From the NCBI GenBank assembly GCA_031538905.1, contig JAVKLV010000001.1:7737-71736 (forward strand): a stretch of 64,000 nucleotides of DNA, in the 5' to 3' direction. This DNA is from Methylotenera sp. (lineage in GTDB: Bacteria > Pseudomonadota > Gammaproteobacteria > Burkholderiales > Methylophilaceae). The number at the start of each line of letters is the position of its first letter. Position 1 is the stretch's first letter. Of the stretch, positions 50,076 through 62,148 are shown piece by piece. The notes under the pieces were generated by a model. The model did not search any database and had not been told where the DNA came from. It saw only the letters and a list, made by a program, of their open reading frames with translations. Made by a program: the position numbers and the translations under genes.

Positions 50076-52379
50076 TTGTTTTTTAAAAAATCCATGCCCG
50101 CCAATGCCCGCCGTGAAGTTGAAATGACTCGCCCACATATCACCGGCGCAAAACTCATTAAAGAAGCTTGGTGGCTCCTATTGGTGCTGGCAGGGCTCTT
50201 TGTAACCGTCATTCTTTTTACCTATCATCGTGACGACCCTTCTTGGTCTCATTCTGCGACAAATACCCCCTTAGTGCACAATGCTGGCGGCTATGTAGGC
50301 GCTAAAATTTCTGCTTTACTGCTATTTTTATTTGGATTTTCAGCCTGGTGGTGGGCTATTTTAGCGTTTTATGCTATGTGGTTAGTGTATTTAAAGCTAG
50401 ATGAAGCTACCGAACATGAAAAGCCTTTTTTGATATTTAATTTTATTGGTTTTGCGTTACTGCTTGTGGCTTCGTGTGCGTTAGAAGCTGGTCATTTGAT
50501 TGATTTTTCAGCGCACTTGCCCGATGCGCGTGGCGGTATATTAGGTGCGGCGGTAGATAAAGAGTTACAAAGCTTATTTAACTTTACTGGCTCAACCATG
50601 TTGCTATTGGTGATGTTTGCCGTTGGCTTTAGCTTGTTTACCGGCTGGTCTTGGGTGATGATCATTGAGCGGCTGGGCGCGGCTGTTATCGCGAGCTTTG
50701 AGTATATTCAATACAAATGGCAAGATAGGCAAGATAGAAAAGCGGGTAGGGTGGCTGAGCTAGAGCGTGCTGAGTTTGTTCAAACTGAGCGTAAGCGTGT
50801 AGAAGATCGCGAGCCGGTCTCTATTGAGCTACCCTCATTGGTGGTTGAAAAAAGCGAGCGCGTGCTCAAAGAAAAGCAAACCCCACTCTTTGAGTCAATG
50901 CCTGACTCGACATTGCCCTCTTTGTATTTGTTAGATGAGCCCTCTGGGGTGGTTGAGTTGCCCTCGACTGAAACGCTCGACTTTACCTCGCGTTTAATTG
51001 AGCGAAAACTCATTGATTTTGGCATTGAGGTCAAAGTGTTGACAGCACAACCTGGCCCCGTGATTACGCGCTTTGAGCTAGAGCCCGCGCCTGGGGTAAA
51101 AGGCAGTCAGATTACTAATCTAGTTAAAGATTTAGCCCGTGCGCTTTCTGTCACCAGTGTGCGCGTTGTTGAGACTATTCCGGGTAAAACGTGCATGGGT
51201 TTAGAGATTCCAAATCCTAAGCGCCAAATCGTTTATTTGTCTGAAATTATGGGTAGCCAAGCTTATGCTGAAGTCAAATCTCCGCTGGCGATTTCTTTGG
51301 GTAAAGATATTTCGGGTAAGCCAATGGTGGCTGATTTAGCAAAAATGCCTCATGTACTGGTTGCAGGGACAACCGGATCGGGTAAGTCGGTTGCAATCAA
51401 TGCGCTTATTTTAAGTTGGCTTTATAAGGCTGATGCGAGCCAGGTGCGCATGATTTTGATTGACCCTAAAATGTTAGAGCTTTCGGTATATGAGGGCATT
51501 CCTCATTTATTAGCACCAGTGGTGACTGATATGCGTCAAGCGGCGAATGCGCTTAATTGGTGTGTGGCTGAGATGGAGCGTCGTTATAAACTCATGTCTA
51601 GCTTAGGCGTGCGTAACTTGGCAGGCTACAATCAAAAAATCAAAGATGCTGAAAAAGCCGGTGAAAAAATACCACATCCTTTTAGTTTGACGCCCGATGC
51701 GCCAGAACCCTTGGTAGAAATGCCTTTGATTGTCGTGGTGATTGATGAGCTGGCTGACTTGATGATGGTTGTAGGTAAGAAGGTAGAAGAGCTGATTGCA
51801 CGTTTGGCACAAAAAGCGCGCGCGTCAGGTATTCATTTGGTTTTGGCAACGCAGCGCCCATCGGTTGATGTGATTACGGGGCTTATTAAAGCGAATGTGC
51901 CTACGCGTATTTCATTTCAAGTTTCAAGCAAAATTGACTCTCGCACCATATTAGATCAAATGGGCGCAGAGACTTTGCTAGGTCAGGGTGATATGTTGTA
52001 TATGCCGCCTGGCACTGGATATCCCATTCGGATTCACGGTGCTTTTGTGTCAGACCAAGAAGTGCATCATGTGGTGGATTACTTAAAATCGCAAGGCGAG
52101 CCAAATTACATCGAAGGCATTTTAAGCAACGAAGCTGAAGAGGGCGGTGCGGAGTTTTCTGAAGGTGGTGCAGGCGGGGCTGAAGCTGATCCGCTTTATG
52201 ATGAGGCGGTAGGCATTGTGCTTAAAAGCCGTCGCGCCAGCATTTCTGGCGTTCAGCGTCAATTACGCATTGGCTACAACCGTGCGGCAAGGCTGATTGA
52301 AGATATGGAGCGTGCTGGCTTAGTTTCAGCCATGCAAAGTAATGGCAATCGTGAAGTGATTGTGCCGTCGGACGATTAA
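50076..52379 (+). CDS. ftsK: DNA translocase FtsK
   Basis: It has N-terminal TM helices, Walker [10 protein letters not shown], Walker [11 protein letters not shown] and a C-terminal gamma winged helix ([20 protein letters not shown]). The start is uncertain: TTG 50076, ATG 50094 or ATG 50124. Confidence 0.93.
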   Translation: MFFKKSMPANARREVEMTRPHITGAKLIKEAWWLLLVLAGLFVTVILFTYHRDDPSWSHSATNTPLVHNAGGYVGAKISALLLFLFGFSAWWWAILAFYAMWLVYLKLDEATEHEKPFLIFNFIGFALLLVASCALEAGHLIDFSAHLPDARGGILGAAVDKELQSLFNFTGSTMLLLVMFAVGFSLFTGWSWVMIIERLGAAVIASFEYIQYKWQDRQDRKAGRVAELERAEFVQTERKRVEDREPVSIELPSLVVEKSERVLKEKQTPLFESMPDSTLPSLYLLDEPSGVVELPSTETLDFTSRLIERKLIDFGIEVKVLTAQPGPVITRFELEPAPGVKGSQITNLVKDLARALSVTSVRVVETIPGKTCMGLEIPNPKRQIVYLSEIMGSQAYAEVKSPLAISLGKDISGKPMVADLAKMPHVLVAGTTGSGKSVAINALILSWLYKADASQVRMILIDPKMLELSVYEGIPHLLAPVVTDMRQAANALNWCVAEMERRYKLMSSLGVRNLAGYNQKIKDAEKAGEKIPHPFSLTPDAPEPLVEMPLIVVVIDELADLMMVVGKKVEELIARLAQKARASGIHLVLATQRPSVDVITGLIKANVPTRISFQVSSKIDSRTILDQMGAETLLGQGDMLYMPPGTGYPIRIHGAFVSDQEVHHVVDYLKSQGEPNYIEGILSNEAEEGGAEFSEGGAGGAEADPLYDEAVGIVLKSRRASISGVQRQLRIGYNRAARLIEDMERAGLVSAMQSNGNREVIVPSDD

Positions 52380-52447
52380 ATAATCTCGCAGCTTCAGTGC
52401 AAAACATCAGTGCAAAAAAAATGTTACAAAATGAGTGAAGGGTTTCA

Positions 52448-53110
52448 ATGCAGCAGTTAAAACATCAGGCAAGCCAGCAGTTAAGCACGCTCATCCATCG
52501 ACTGATTATTTTATTGTTAAGTTATGTGTTGATATGGCCTGTGGCGGCAAGCGCAGAGGGCGTGGCTAGACTTAAAAAGTTTTATGATGAAATACACACC
52601 GTAAAAGCTGACTTTTACCAAGTGGTGACGGATAAACAGGGCAAAAAAATTCAAGAAGTGTATGGGCAAATGCAGTTAAAGCGCCCCAATAAGTTTCGCT
52701 GGAATTACAGCAAGCCTTTTGAGCAGCAGATTATGAGCGACGGCAAAAAAATTTGGCTCTATGACACCGAGCTTGCACAAGTTTCGGTGCAAGATTTAAG
52801 TAAAGCGCTGGGCTCAAGTCCTGCTGGCTTGTTGTCGGGGGATGACGGGCTTGAAAAAAACTTTCAGTTACTAAATGTTGCAAGTAAAGACGGACTTGAC
52901 TGGGTAAGAGCAAGCCCCAAAGATGCAGATGCTGGGTTTAATAAAATTTCACTTGGATTTAACGGCGATGTGATTCAAGAAATGTACATGGTGGATAATT
53001 TTGGGCATCAAACAAAAGTAGTGTTTAGCAAGGTAGTTTATAACCCGGTCATTGAAGCTAATGCTTTCTTACTTGAGCTGCCCAAAGGCGTTGATATTGT
53101 CTCAGAATAG
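52448..53110 (+). CDS. lolA: outer-membrane lipoprotein carrier protein LolA
   Basis: 220 aa with a signal peptide. The F.Q…RPNKFRWNY..PFEQQIMSDGKKIWLYDTELAQV pattern is typical of LolA. Confidence 0.87.
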   Translation: MQQLKHQASQQLSTLIHRLIILLLSYVLIWPVAASAEGVARLKKFYDEIHTVKADFYQVVTDKQGKKIQEVYGQMQLKRPNKFRWNYSKPFEQQIMSDGKKIWLYDTELAQVSVQDLSKALGSSPAGLLSGDDGLEKNFQLLNVASKDGLDWVRASPKDADAGFNKISLGFNGDVIQEMYMVDNFGHQTKVVFSKVVYNPVIEANAFLLELPKGVDIVSE

Positions 53111-53121
53111 GCGTTTATATT

Positions 53122-54441
53122 TTGAGTAATTTATTCTCCCAAACACAGCCCCAAGCGCCGCTTGCCGAGCGTTTGCGACCAAAAACACTCGATGAGGTGG
53201 TGGGTCAAGCGCATCTGCTGGCGGCTAATAAGCCACTTCGGCTAGCATTTCAATCAGGGAAATTACCCTCGATGATTTTATGGGGCCCCCCTGGGGTTGG
53301 CAAAACAACGCTGGCGCGGCTTATTGCCAATACTGCCGATGCTGACTTTATCCCCATTTCAGCGGTATTGTCCGGCATTAAAGACATTCGTGAAGCAATA
53401 GAGCGTGCTGAGCTTAGCTTGCAGCAACATGGACGTAAAACTATTTTATTTGTAGATGAAGTGCATCGCTTTAATAAAGGTCAGCAAGATGCTTTTTTAC
53501 CTTTTGTTGAAAGCGGTTTAATTACTTTTATTGGGGCCACGACAGAAAACCCTTCGTTTGAAGTAAATAGTGCGCTATTAAGCCGCGCCCAAGTTTTTGT
53601 ACTCAATGCCTTATCTGAGGTCGAGTTATCGTTGTTGTTAGACCGAGCCAAACAATTAGTCGCTGAAAATATAAAACTTTCTGATGCAGTTCGAGAGCAG
53701 GTGTTAGCCTATGCCGATGGCGATGCAAGGCGCCTATTGAACTTTGTTGAAGGTTTATTCAACGCGGCTGAGGGTGCAGGCGTCACAGACGTTGATGAAG
53801 CCTTTTTGCAAACTACGATGGCGAGCAAATTACGTAGATTCGATAAAGGCGGCGAAGCTTTTTACGACCAAATTTCTGCGCTACATAAGTCGGTGCGCGG
53901 CTCAAACCCAGATGCTGCTTTATATTGGTTTTTACGCATGATAGATGGTGGTGCAGACCCTTTATATTTAGGACGCCGCATTGTGCGTATGGCGGTTGAA
54001 GATATTGGTTTGGCTGACCCACGCGCGCAAGGCATGGCGATTGAAGCGTGCCAAATTTATGAGCGGCTTGGCTCACCAGAAGGTGAGCTTGCTTTATCTA
54101 ACGCGGTGATTTATTTGGCTGTTGCACCTAAAAGCAATGCGGCTTATAACGCTTACAATCAAGCCAAAGCCTTTGTCGCACAAGATAAGTCGCGCCCAGT
54201 GCCACTACACTTAAGAAACGCCCCCACTAAGCTAATGAAAGCATTAGATTATGGCAAAGAATATCGTTATGCGCACCATGAGCCAGAAGCCTATGCGGCT
54301 GGTGCAGAGTATTTTCCAGATGATTTAGTTGAGAAAAATCAGGTGCCACAATTTTACAAGCCCACACCGCGAGGCTTAGAAGGTAAAATTACAGAAAAAT
54401 TAAAGCATTTAAAAGAATTAGACAAAAAAGCCAAAAATTAA
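53122..54441 (+). CDS. rarA: replication-associated recombination protein A (MgsA/RarA AAA+ ATPase)
   Basis: 439 aa with PLAERLRP…LDEVVGQ, Walker A GPPGVGKTT and Walker B FVDEVHRFNK. A TTG start is required because no in-frame ATG precedes the P-loop. Confidence 0.93.
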   Translation: MSNLFSQTQPQAPLAERLRPKTLDEVVGQAHLLAANKPLRLAFQSGKLPSMILWGPPGVGKTTLARLIANTADADFIPISAVLSGIKDIREAIERAELSLQQHGRKTILFVDEVHRFNKGQQDAFLPFVESGLITFIGATTENPSFEVNSALLSRAQVFVLNALSEVELSLLLDRAKQLVAENIKLSDAVREQVLAYADGDARRLLNFVEGLFNAAEGAGVTDVDEAFLQTTMASKLRRFDKGGEAFYDQISALHKSVRGSNPDAALYWFLRMIDGGADPLYLGRRIVRMAVEDIGLADPRAQGMAIEACQIYERLGSPEGELALSNAVIYLAVAPKSNAAYNAYNQAKAFVAQDKSRPVPLHLRNAPTKLMKALDYGKEYRYAHHEPEAYAAGAEYFPDDLVEKNQVPQFYKPTPRGLEGKITEKLKHLKELDKKAKN

Positions 54442-54454
54442 GAAATTAAAATAG

Positions 54455-55777
<1,323 letters not shown>

Positions 55778-55800
55778 ACTTCAGTCCGCCTAAATGGATT

Positions 55801-57270
55801 TTAGTTTAACGCGGCGTGGGGTGTTTTAAGAAAATCTTTGTTCAGGCTAAGATGATTTTTGTAGCGCTCTAATATGCGCTGATAGCTGCGAATAGACTCC
55901 ACAAAAATAACAGGCGCGCCACCGCTGGCATAACCATATTTGGCGGTGGCATAGTATTGAGGGTCATTGAGCATGACTAATGTCTTTTTGACATCTGCCC
56001 AGCGATTTGGATTTAATTTCATTCGCATTGCCAGCACTCTGGCGTCTTCTAAATGTCGATAGCCGATGTTGTAAGATGCGAGTGCCATGTAAGTTCTGTC
56101 TGGCTCTGGAATTCTTTCAGGCATTTTTTCTATCATTTTTTGAAGATATATAGCGCCAGCGGCAACGCTTTGCTTCGGGTCTAGCCTATCTGTAACGCCC
56201 ATTAAGTCGGCAGTATCTTCTGTAAGCATCATTAATCCGCGCACGCCAGTGGGCGATGTATTGAAGGCATCCCAATGCGATTCTCTGTAACTGACAGCGG
56301 CGAGTAATCGCCAGTCAATGCCAGTGTCTTCTTGCGCTTTTTTAAAAAGAGAGACATATTTTGGCAGCCTTGTTTTAGCTAACTCAAAAAATCTGGTGAT
56401 ATCTTGTGCGTTGAGTCGCTTATTATTGCCATAATAATGGTCTAGCAAGCTATGCGAAGTCCCATTATTTTTTATTTGCTCAAAAAAATGATTCACTTTT
56501 CTAACTAGCTTAGGATCAGCATTTTTAGGTAAAGCCCAAGCGATTTTTTCTGGCTTGCCAAGGGGCATGGCAGTTGCTAAGTTGGGGTAATAATTTTGCA
56601 TGAGTTCAGTGAGATGATTGTCGGCAACGGTGTAATCTAAAGCCCCATTGGCAACTTGATCTAACAAAGATTCAGAGCTCGTGTGTTGAAGCGCTAGCCA
56701 GCGTAAGGTAGGCTGGTTTTTTTTTATATTGGTCAGGCGCTCTTCAAAGCTTGTGCCAGCAGGCACAAAAATGGTTTTGCCAAGCACCTTAGTTAAATCG
56801 AGTGGTTTATTATTGATTTCATTGTTGTAGACGAGTTGTTGTTGTGTGTCTTGATAAGGGCTCGAGAACTGCACCAGCTTTTGCCGCGCGGGTGTGATAG
56901 AAAAATTTGCCACCGCGATATGCGCCCGACTTTTTAAAAGCGTTGGGATAACATCACCAATGTTATTGACTAATAAAAATTTGATTTGATATTCGGGGGC
57001 GTATTTTGTAACAAACAAAGTCGCCAAGTCATATTCAAGACCAGAAAAACTATTATGGCTATTTAAATAATAAGTCGTTGGGCTATTGTAAGTGACAAAA
57101 ATGAGTTCGCGTTTGTTGATTTTTTTGGGATGAAGAGGGCGCGTGCTTTGAGTTTGATTGATAGTGTCTGCGTTGCAAAAAGTGGGCAGGGTGCTCAAAA
57201 TAATCAATACAATAAGCCACAGCAGTAGGTTTGGCTTGGTTAAATTTTTATGATGAGCGCGAGCAATCAC
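55801..57270 (-). CDS. mltF: membrane-bound lytic murein transglycosylase F
   Basis: 489 aa with a signal sequence, an N-terminal solute-binding-protein-like domain, and a C-terminal SLT domain with the catalytic ESHWD (VSYRESHWDAF…GVRGLMMLT). The GTG start overlaps the rpiA stop by 4 nt. Confidence 0.85.
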   Translation of the reverse strand: MIARAHHKNLTKPNLLLWLIVLIILSTLPTFCNADTINQTQSTRPLHPKKINKRELIFVTYNSPTTYYLNSHNSFSGLEYDLATLFVTKYAPEYQIKFLLVNNIGDVIPTLLKSRAHIAVANFSITPARQKLVQFSSPYQDTQQQLVYNNEINNKPLDLTKVLGKTIFVPAGTSFEERLTNIKKNQPTLRWLALQHTSSESLLDQVANGALDYTVADNHLTELMQNYYPNLATAMPLGKPEKIAWALPKNADPKLVRKVNHFFEQIKNNGTSHSLLDHYYGNNKRLNAQDITRFFELAKTRLPKYVSLFKKAQEDTGIDWRLLAAVSYRESHWDAFNTSPTGVRGLMMLTEDTADLMGVTDRLDPKQSVAAGAIYLQKMIEKMPERIPEPDRTYMALASYNIGYRHLEDARVLAMRMKLNPNRWADVKKTLVMLNDPQYYATAKYGYASGGAPVIFVESIRSYQRILERYKNHLSLNKDFLKTPHAALN

Positions 57271-57953
57271 TTGTTTTTTGCCCAGCGTTCGCTTACAAAG
57301 CCATTTTCGGCAATAAAAACAGCATCGGCTAGCCCGTAAAATATGCCATGCTCAACCACCCCTGGCGTGTTGTTGATTAAGGTGTTGAGGGTATGAGCAT
57401 CCATGGCTTTATCAAACGTCATCTCAAGCACATAGCTTCCGTGAGATGTCACCCAAAAGCCATCTTTCGCTGCGCTTTGACGTAAATTTCCCTGCCCGCC
57501 TAAATTTTCAAGACTTTTTTTCGTGAGCTGCCAGGCGAAGGGGATGACTTCAATGGGAATGGCAAAATTTTGCCCGATATAAGAAGTTAATTTTTTATTA
57601 TCTGCCACAACAATAAATTGTGTGGCGGCTTTGGCGAGCATTTTTTCTTTTACTAAATCACTGCCGCGCCCTTTGAGCAGCGTCATTTCAGGGGTAACTT
57701 CATCAGCGCCATCTACATATAAGTCAATGTGACTTATATGTTCTAATGATTTCACGGCTAAGCCTAAATTTTGCGCCAAAATACTGCTGATTGTAGAGCT
57801 GGCGATGGTGGTGATTTTTAAATTTTCGTCACGTTGCCGTTGTGCGAGCGCCTCAATAAAGTAATTGGCGGTAGATCCTGTGCCTAAGCCCACAAGCATT
57901 CCGCTTTTGACGTACTTTGAGGCCTGTAAAGCGACGAGTTGTTTGTCGTTCAT
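57267..57953 (-). CDS. rpiA: ribose-5-phosphate isomerase A
   Basis: It has GLGTGSTA and DGADEV motifs. I prefer the ATG at 57953 (a GGAGA RBS lies 5-6 nt upstream on the minus strand) over the track's TTG at 57968. Confidence 0.9.
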   Translation of the reverse strand: MNDKQLVALQASKYVKSGMLVGLGTGSTANYFIEALAQRQRDENLKITTIASSTISSILAQNLGLAVKSLEHISHIDLYVDGADEVTPEMTLLKGRGSDLVKEKMLAKAATQFIVVADNKKLTSYIGQNFAIPIEVIPFAWQLTKKSLENLGGQGNLRQSAAKDGFWVTSHGSYVLEMTFDKAMDAHTLNTLINNTPGVVEHGIFYGLADAVFIAENGFVSERWAKNK

Positions 57954-58088
57954 TACATTCTCCAGCAATTTTTTATTGATTTAACGCGCTCAGCGCACTT
58001 TTTAATATGGTGTTTAGAAAGTTAATTTTTTCATAAAAAGCGAGCTAGGCACTTGAGTTCAGCGCGTTATATTTTGGTGCTTTAAGTT

Positions 58089-58649
58089 TTATTTAAGCAC
58101 GCGGTTTCTGTACTCGCCAGTACGGGTGTCAATTTCAATTTTATCGCCTTGTGCGCAAAATAAAGGCACAGACAATTCAAATCCCGTGGCGAGTTTTGCA
58201 GGCTTCATGACTTTACCTGAAGTGTCACCTTTAACGGCAGGTTCGGTATAAGTGATTTCACGAATAACCGTGGTTGCTAATTCAACAGAGATGGCTTTTT
58301 CGTTGTAAAAGCGAATGTCAGCAGGCATGCCGTCTTCTAAAAATGGCAACACATCCGCCATAAATTCAGCATCAACATCATATTGGTTGTAATCTGCATC
58401 CATAAATACATAGCTCGGGTCAGCAAAATAAGAATATGTGGCTTCTTTTTTCTCAAGCACAATCACTTCAAACTTATCGCCAGCGCCATAGATGGTTTCG
58501 CTTGGGGTGTCAGTGAGTAGGTTTTTAAATTTCATTTTAACCACGGCTGTGCTACGACCAGATTTAGTGTATTCGGCTTTGACCACCACCAGTGGATCAT
58601 TGCCGACCATAATAACGTTACCTGCACGAAGTTCTTGGGCTGTTTTCAT
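58089..58649 (-). CDS. efp: elongation factor P (Arg32 type)
   Basis: 186 aa. The loop sequence is YTKSGR32STAVVKMK, so the modification-site residue is Arg rather than Lys. Confidence 0.96.
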   Translation of the reverse strand: MKTAQELRAGNVIMVGNDPLVVVKAEYTKSGRSTAVVKMKFKNLLTDTPSETIYGAGDKFEVIVLEKKEATYSYFADPSYVFMDADYNQYDVDAEFMADVLPFLEDGMPADIRFYNEKAISVELATTVIREITYTEPAVKGDTSGKVMKPAKLATGFELSVPLFCAQGDKIEIDTRTGEYRNRVLK

Positions 58650-58695
58650 GAGATTGCCTTAACTAGATAAATGAGTTAAATAATAAAGTCAAAAA

Positions 58696-59865
58696 TTATA
58701 CCTTAACTCGTGATTTTTGAACTCGTAATTTTTTTGAAAAAATCACGAGTTTAGAGGCAAGGTCCGCTTGTTTTGTGAGTGCGCTTGATTGTTGCAAAGT
58801 GAGTGCCTTAATTTGAGTGAGGTGATCTAGATAATTTTGCCATGTCTGGCTTGTTAAGTTGCCCGTTGACCAGGCGCGGCTCATCTCTACAATAGACCGC
58901 TTGGTAGGGTCATCATCCAGCTCATAAAATCTATCTAAAAAAGCATTGAGTTTGGTGATATGCGTATTTTCTGACTGTAAATAAGGTAACCAAATAAATG
59001 GGTTTGCTGCCCATATTGCACGTATCCAGCTATCTTCGCCACGAACAAAGTTAATGTCGCATAGGGTCAGTAGCTTGTCATATTCGGCTTGGCTTAAAAA
59101 CGGCACAATATGCATATGCAGTTTTTCAAAGCGCACACTTGAGCCCGCTTGGGGTGAAGTGTTCTCTTTTTCAAAAAGTCTTACAATATGAGGTGAAATA
59201 TCATGTGCGGGCACATAGCAGTCAATCGCTTGGTTTGATGTTGCCATTGCCTCAATGAGTTTGTCCATGGGCGCATAAGCATAGTAGAAAAGTGACACCT
59301 TTAAGGCGTGACGGCGGTGCGCATTGACAGTGCTCATCGATGTTAAAAAAATATCTTTTAGTTGATTATTATTCTTAAACTCTTGATTTTTATTAAAAAT
59401 ATCAGATTCTCTAATTAAGCCGCCTGTTGCATCTGTAAAGCCAGGAAAGAAAAAGTGCCGCACGGGCTGCGTGTTGTTTGAGTGCCGTGCATGAAAGCCC
59501 TCTACCCACGGCTCGGCTGATAAGTATTCTAAATTGATCCATGTGCTTTGTTGCATATTTGCCAAATACTGTGCCGGCAGCTCGCAGCTGAAGGTTTGTA
59601 AAACAACTTCAGCAGGCTGGCTTGCGTTTTGCCAATCAAGAATTTCTACGCCATGAATAGTTTGCTTTTTAAGCGTGCAGTCTAAAAAAGGGATGATGTT
59701 ACTTGCGACATCAAGCTTATCGATAAATAGCCTCACTTTGACATGATGTTCAGTAACCAGCTGCCTGCTCAATCGCCAGCAAACGCCAATATCACCAAAA
59801 TTATCAACAATCCGACAAAAAATATCCCAGTGCTGATGCGCGCCAGTGCTTATTTGAGTATTCAT
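58696..59865 (-). CDS. earP: EF-P arginine-32 rhamnosyltransferase EarP
   Basis: 389 aa. The N-terminal WDIFCRIVDNFGDIGVCWRLSRQL matches the EarP (DUF2331) hallmark. It sits immediately upstream of efp. Confidence 0.85.
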   Translation of the reverse strand: MNTQISTGAHQHWDIFCRIVDNFGDIGVCWRLSRQLVTEHHVKVRLFIDKLDVASNIIPFLDCTLKKQTIHGVEILDWQNASQPAEVVLQTFSCELPAQYLANMQQSTWINLEYLSAEPWVEGFHARHSNNTQPVRHFFFPGFTDATGGLIRESDIFNKNQEFKNNNQLKDIFLTSMSTVNAHRRHALKVSLFYYAYAPMDKLIEAMATSNQAIDCYVPAHDISPHIVRLFEKENTSPQAGSSVRFEKLHMHIVPFLSQAEYDKLLTLCDINFVRGEDSWIRAIWAANPFIWLPYLQSENTHITKLNAFLDRFYELDDDPTKRSIVEMSRAWSTGNLTSQTWQNYLDHLTQIKALTLQQSSALTKQADLASKLVIFSKKLRVQKSRVKV

Positions 59866-60384
59866 TTAGGTGCGTGTTGATGGAGGCGAGCGGTATTCAA
59901 TTTCAAGAATTTCATACTCGTCTTCGCCAGCAGGGGCAATGACTTTTACGGTGTCGCCTATTTTTTTACCTAATAGTGCGCGCGCCAGTGGTGAAACCCA
60001 GCTGATATAACCCAGAGCGGGATTTAATTCGTCTTTACCAACAATGCGATAATGGTGTTCAGTATCGTTTTTAATGGAGTACAGGCTGACCCATGCACCA
60101 AAAAATACTTTGTCTAGATTTTGCTGCTTTTCAGGGTCAACAATCACAGCTAAATCCATGCGCTGCATTAAAAAGCGCAGTCGTGCATCAATTTGGCGTA
60201 AACGCCTTTTGCCGTACATATAATCACCGTTTTCACTTCTGTCGCCATTGCCAGCCGCCCACGAAACGACTTTTACGAGCGCCGGCCTTTCTACTTTGAG
60301 TAGCTCAATATACTCGGCTTCGATAGCGGCGTGACCCTCGGGCGTGATGTAATTTTTTTCTTCAGAAGCTGATTTTTTTAACAA
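59866..60384 (-). CDS. greB: transcription elongation factor GreB
   Basis: 172 aa with WAAGNGDRSENGDYMYGKRRLRQID and FFGAWV…YRIVG motifs collinear with E. coli GreB. A TTG start is required. Its stop abuts the earP start. Confidence 0.9.
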   Translation of the reverse strand: MLKKSASEEKNYITPEGHAAIEAEYIELLKVERPALVKVVSWAAGNGDRSENGDYMYGKRRLRQIDARLRFLMQRMDLAVIVDPEKQQNLDKVFFGAWVSLYSIKNDTEHHYRIVGKDELNPALGYISWVSPLARALLGKKIGDTVKVIAPAGEDEYEILEIEYRSPPSTRT

Positions 60385-60387
60385 AAC

Positions 60388-60765
60388 TTACTTTTCTAAA
60401 ACATCTAAATCTTTTACAAAATAAGCACTGTCGCCAAAGCAGGTGCTTGGAATGCCTTTATGTTCTTCATAAGCTACTTTTACCCGCTGACCTAGAGATT
60501 GATTGATTTTCTCTGCAACAGCATCGTCTTTGACGGTAAATAAAAACTTTTCGGCTTGCGTGCCTGGCATTGAAACCAGCACGATTTCACCTTCCCACGT
60601 TTTACAAAAATAGCCTTTGTGAGAAAACTTTTGTACATAGCCAGCACGCTCGCCCGATGAGTACACCCAGCTTAAGCTTGCCCAAGTATAAAGCCCTGAA
60701 AGGATGATGAAAGTGATCATCATCCAGCTTCCATACTTCAATAAAATGCTTAAACGACTTGGCAT
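60388..60765 (-). CDS. hypothetical N-terminally membrane-anchored protein
   Basis: 125 aa with one TM helix (WMMITFIILSGLYTWASLSWVY) and a ~85-aa soluble part with two Cys. I recognise no family. Its stop lies 3 nt from the greB start. Confidence 0.5.
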   Translation of the reverse strand: MPSRLSILLKYGSWMMITFIILSGLYTWASLSWVYSSGERAGYVQKFSHKGYFCKTWEGEIVLVSMPGTQAEKFLFTVKDDAVAEKINQSLGQRVKVAYEEHKGIPSTCFGDSAYFVKDLDVLEK

Positions 60766-60830
60766 ATCAACCTTGTAAGAGAGGTGAACGTTAAAAATAG
60801 CAAATTTTTTAACAAAAATTGTTATTAACA

Positions 60831-60845
60831 GGGCTTAAAAAGCCC
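60831..60845 (-). terminator. hairpin downstream of argG (possible terminator)
   Basis: GGGCTT-AAA-AAGCCC is a perfect 6-bp stem. The U-tract on the minus strand is not immediately adjacent, so terminator function is uncertain. Confidence 0.35.
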
Positions 60846-60906
60846 GCATTAAAAAGTTATGTTTTAAATAATGAAACATTGTTGTGAATGAAGTGCCCTG
60901 TGCTCA

Positions 60907-62145
60907 TCATGCTCTATTTTTTAAGTTAGCTGCAATTCTTAACCTGAGGGCATTGAGCTTAATAAAACCCGCCGCATCTTTTTGGTCATATGCACCTTGA
61001 TCATCTTCAAAAGTGGCAATCGAAGAATCAAATAAAGAATGGCTTGCGCTGTCGCGCCCAGTGACGATAACGTTGCCTTTGTAAAGCTTTACGCGTACCC
61101 AGCCGTTGACTGATTTTTGTGTATGGTCGATTAAGCTTTGCAAGGCCGTGCGTTCTGGACTCCACCAGTAGCCGTTATAAATCATGCTGGCGTAACGCGG
61201 CATTAAATCATCTTTTAAATGAGCGACTTCACGGTCTAGTGTAATGCTTTCAATTGCGCGGTGTGCTTTGAGCATAATGGTGCCGCCCGGCGTTTCATAA
61301 CATCCGCGTGATTTCATTCCCACATAACGATTTTCAACCAAGTCTAAACGCCCGATGCCGTGTTTGCCGCCTAATGTGTTTAATTGCAACAGAAGCTCGT
61401 GTGGCTTCATCGCTTCGCCATTTAAGCTTACGGGGTCACCGTTGATATATTCAATATCTAAATACTCTGCGGCATCCGGTGCTTTTTCAGGGCTTACGCT
61501 CCAGCGCCACATTGATTCTTCTGCTTCTGCTGCAGGGTTTTCTAAGTGACGTCCTTCATAAGAAATATGAAGTAAATTTGCATCCATTGAATACGGGCTG
61601 CCGCCTTGCTTGTGCTTCATGTCAACTGGAATGCCATGTTTTTCAGCGTAGTGCATCAGTTTTTCACGGCTAAGTAAATCCCATTCACGCCACGGCGCGA
61701 TAATTTGAATGTTTGGGTTAAGTGCATAAGCGCCTAATTCAAAGCGTACTTGATCATTGCCTTTGCCTGTTGCGCCGTGTGAAATTGCATCTGCATTGGT
61801 TTGTTTGGCAATGTCAATTAAACGCTTTGCAATGAGTGGGCGCGCAATGGAAGTGCCTAATAAGTAATCGCCTTCATAAACCGTATTGGCTCTAAACATT
61901 GGAAACACAAAGTCACGGACAAATTCTTCGCGTAAATCATCAATATAAATATCACTTTCTTTGACCCCAGCGGCTTTGGCTTTGGCGCGCGCGGGCTCAA
62001 GCTCTTCACCTTGCCCTAAATCGGCCGTGAAAGTAACCACCTCGCATTGATATTCATCTTGCAACCACTTTAAAATAACCGAGGTATCCAGCCCGCCAGA
62101 ATAAGCTAAAACCACTTTTTTAATTTGTTTTTTTGTCAGCGTCAT
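60907..62145 (-). CDS. argG: argininosuccinate synthase
   Basis: 412 aa with the N-terminal [12 protein letters not shown]-binding motif. The rest is collinear with ArgG. Confidence 0.96.
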   Translation of the reverse strand: MTLTKKQIKKVVLAYSGGLDTSVILKWLQDEYQCEVVTFTADLGQGEELEPARAKAKAAGVKESDIYIDDLREEFVRDFVFPMFRANTVYEGDYLLGTSIARPLIAKRLIDIAKQTNADAISHGATGKGNDQVRFELGAYALNPNIQIIAPWREWDLLSREKLMHYAEKHGIPVDMKHKQGGSPYSMDANLLHISYEGRHLENPAAEAEESMWRWSVSPEKAPDAAEYLDIEYINGDPVSLNGEAMKPHELLLQLNTLGGKHGIGRLDLVENRYVGMKSRGCYETPGGTIMLKAHRAIESITLDREVAHLKDDLMPRYASMIYNGYWWSPERTALQSLIDHTQKSVNGWVRVKLYKGNVIVTGRDSASHSLFDSSIATFEDDQGAYDQKDAAGFIKLNALRLRIAANLKNRA

Positions 62146-62148
62146 TGT

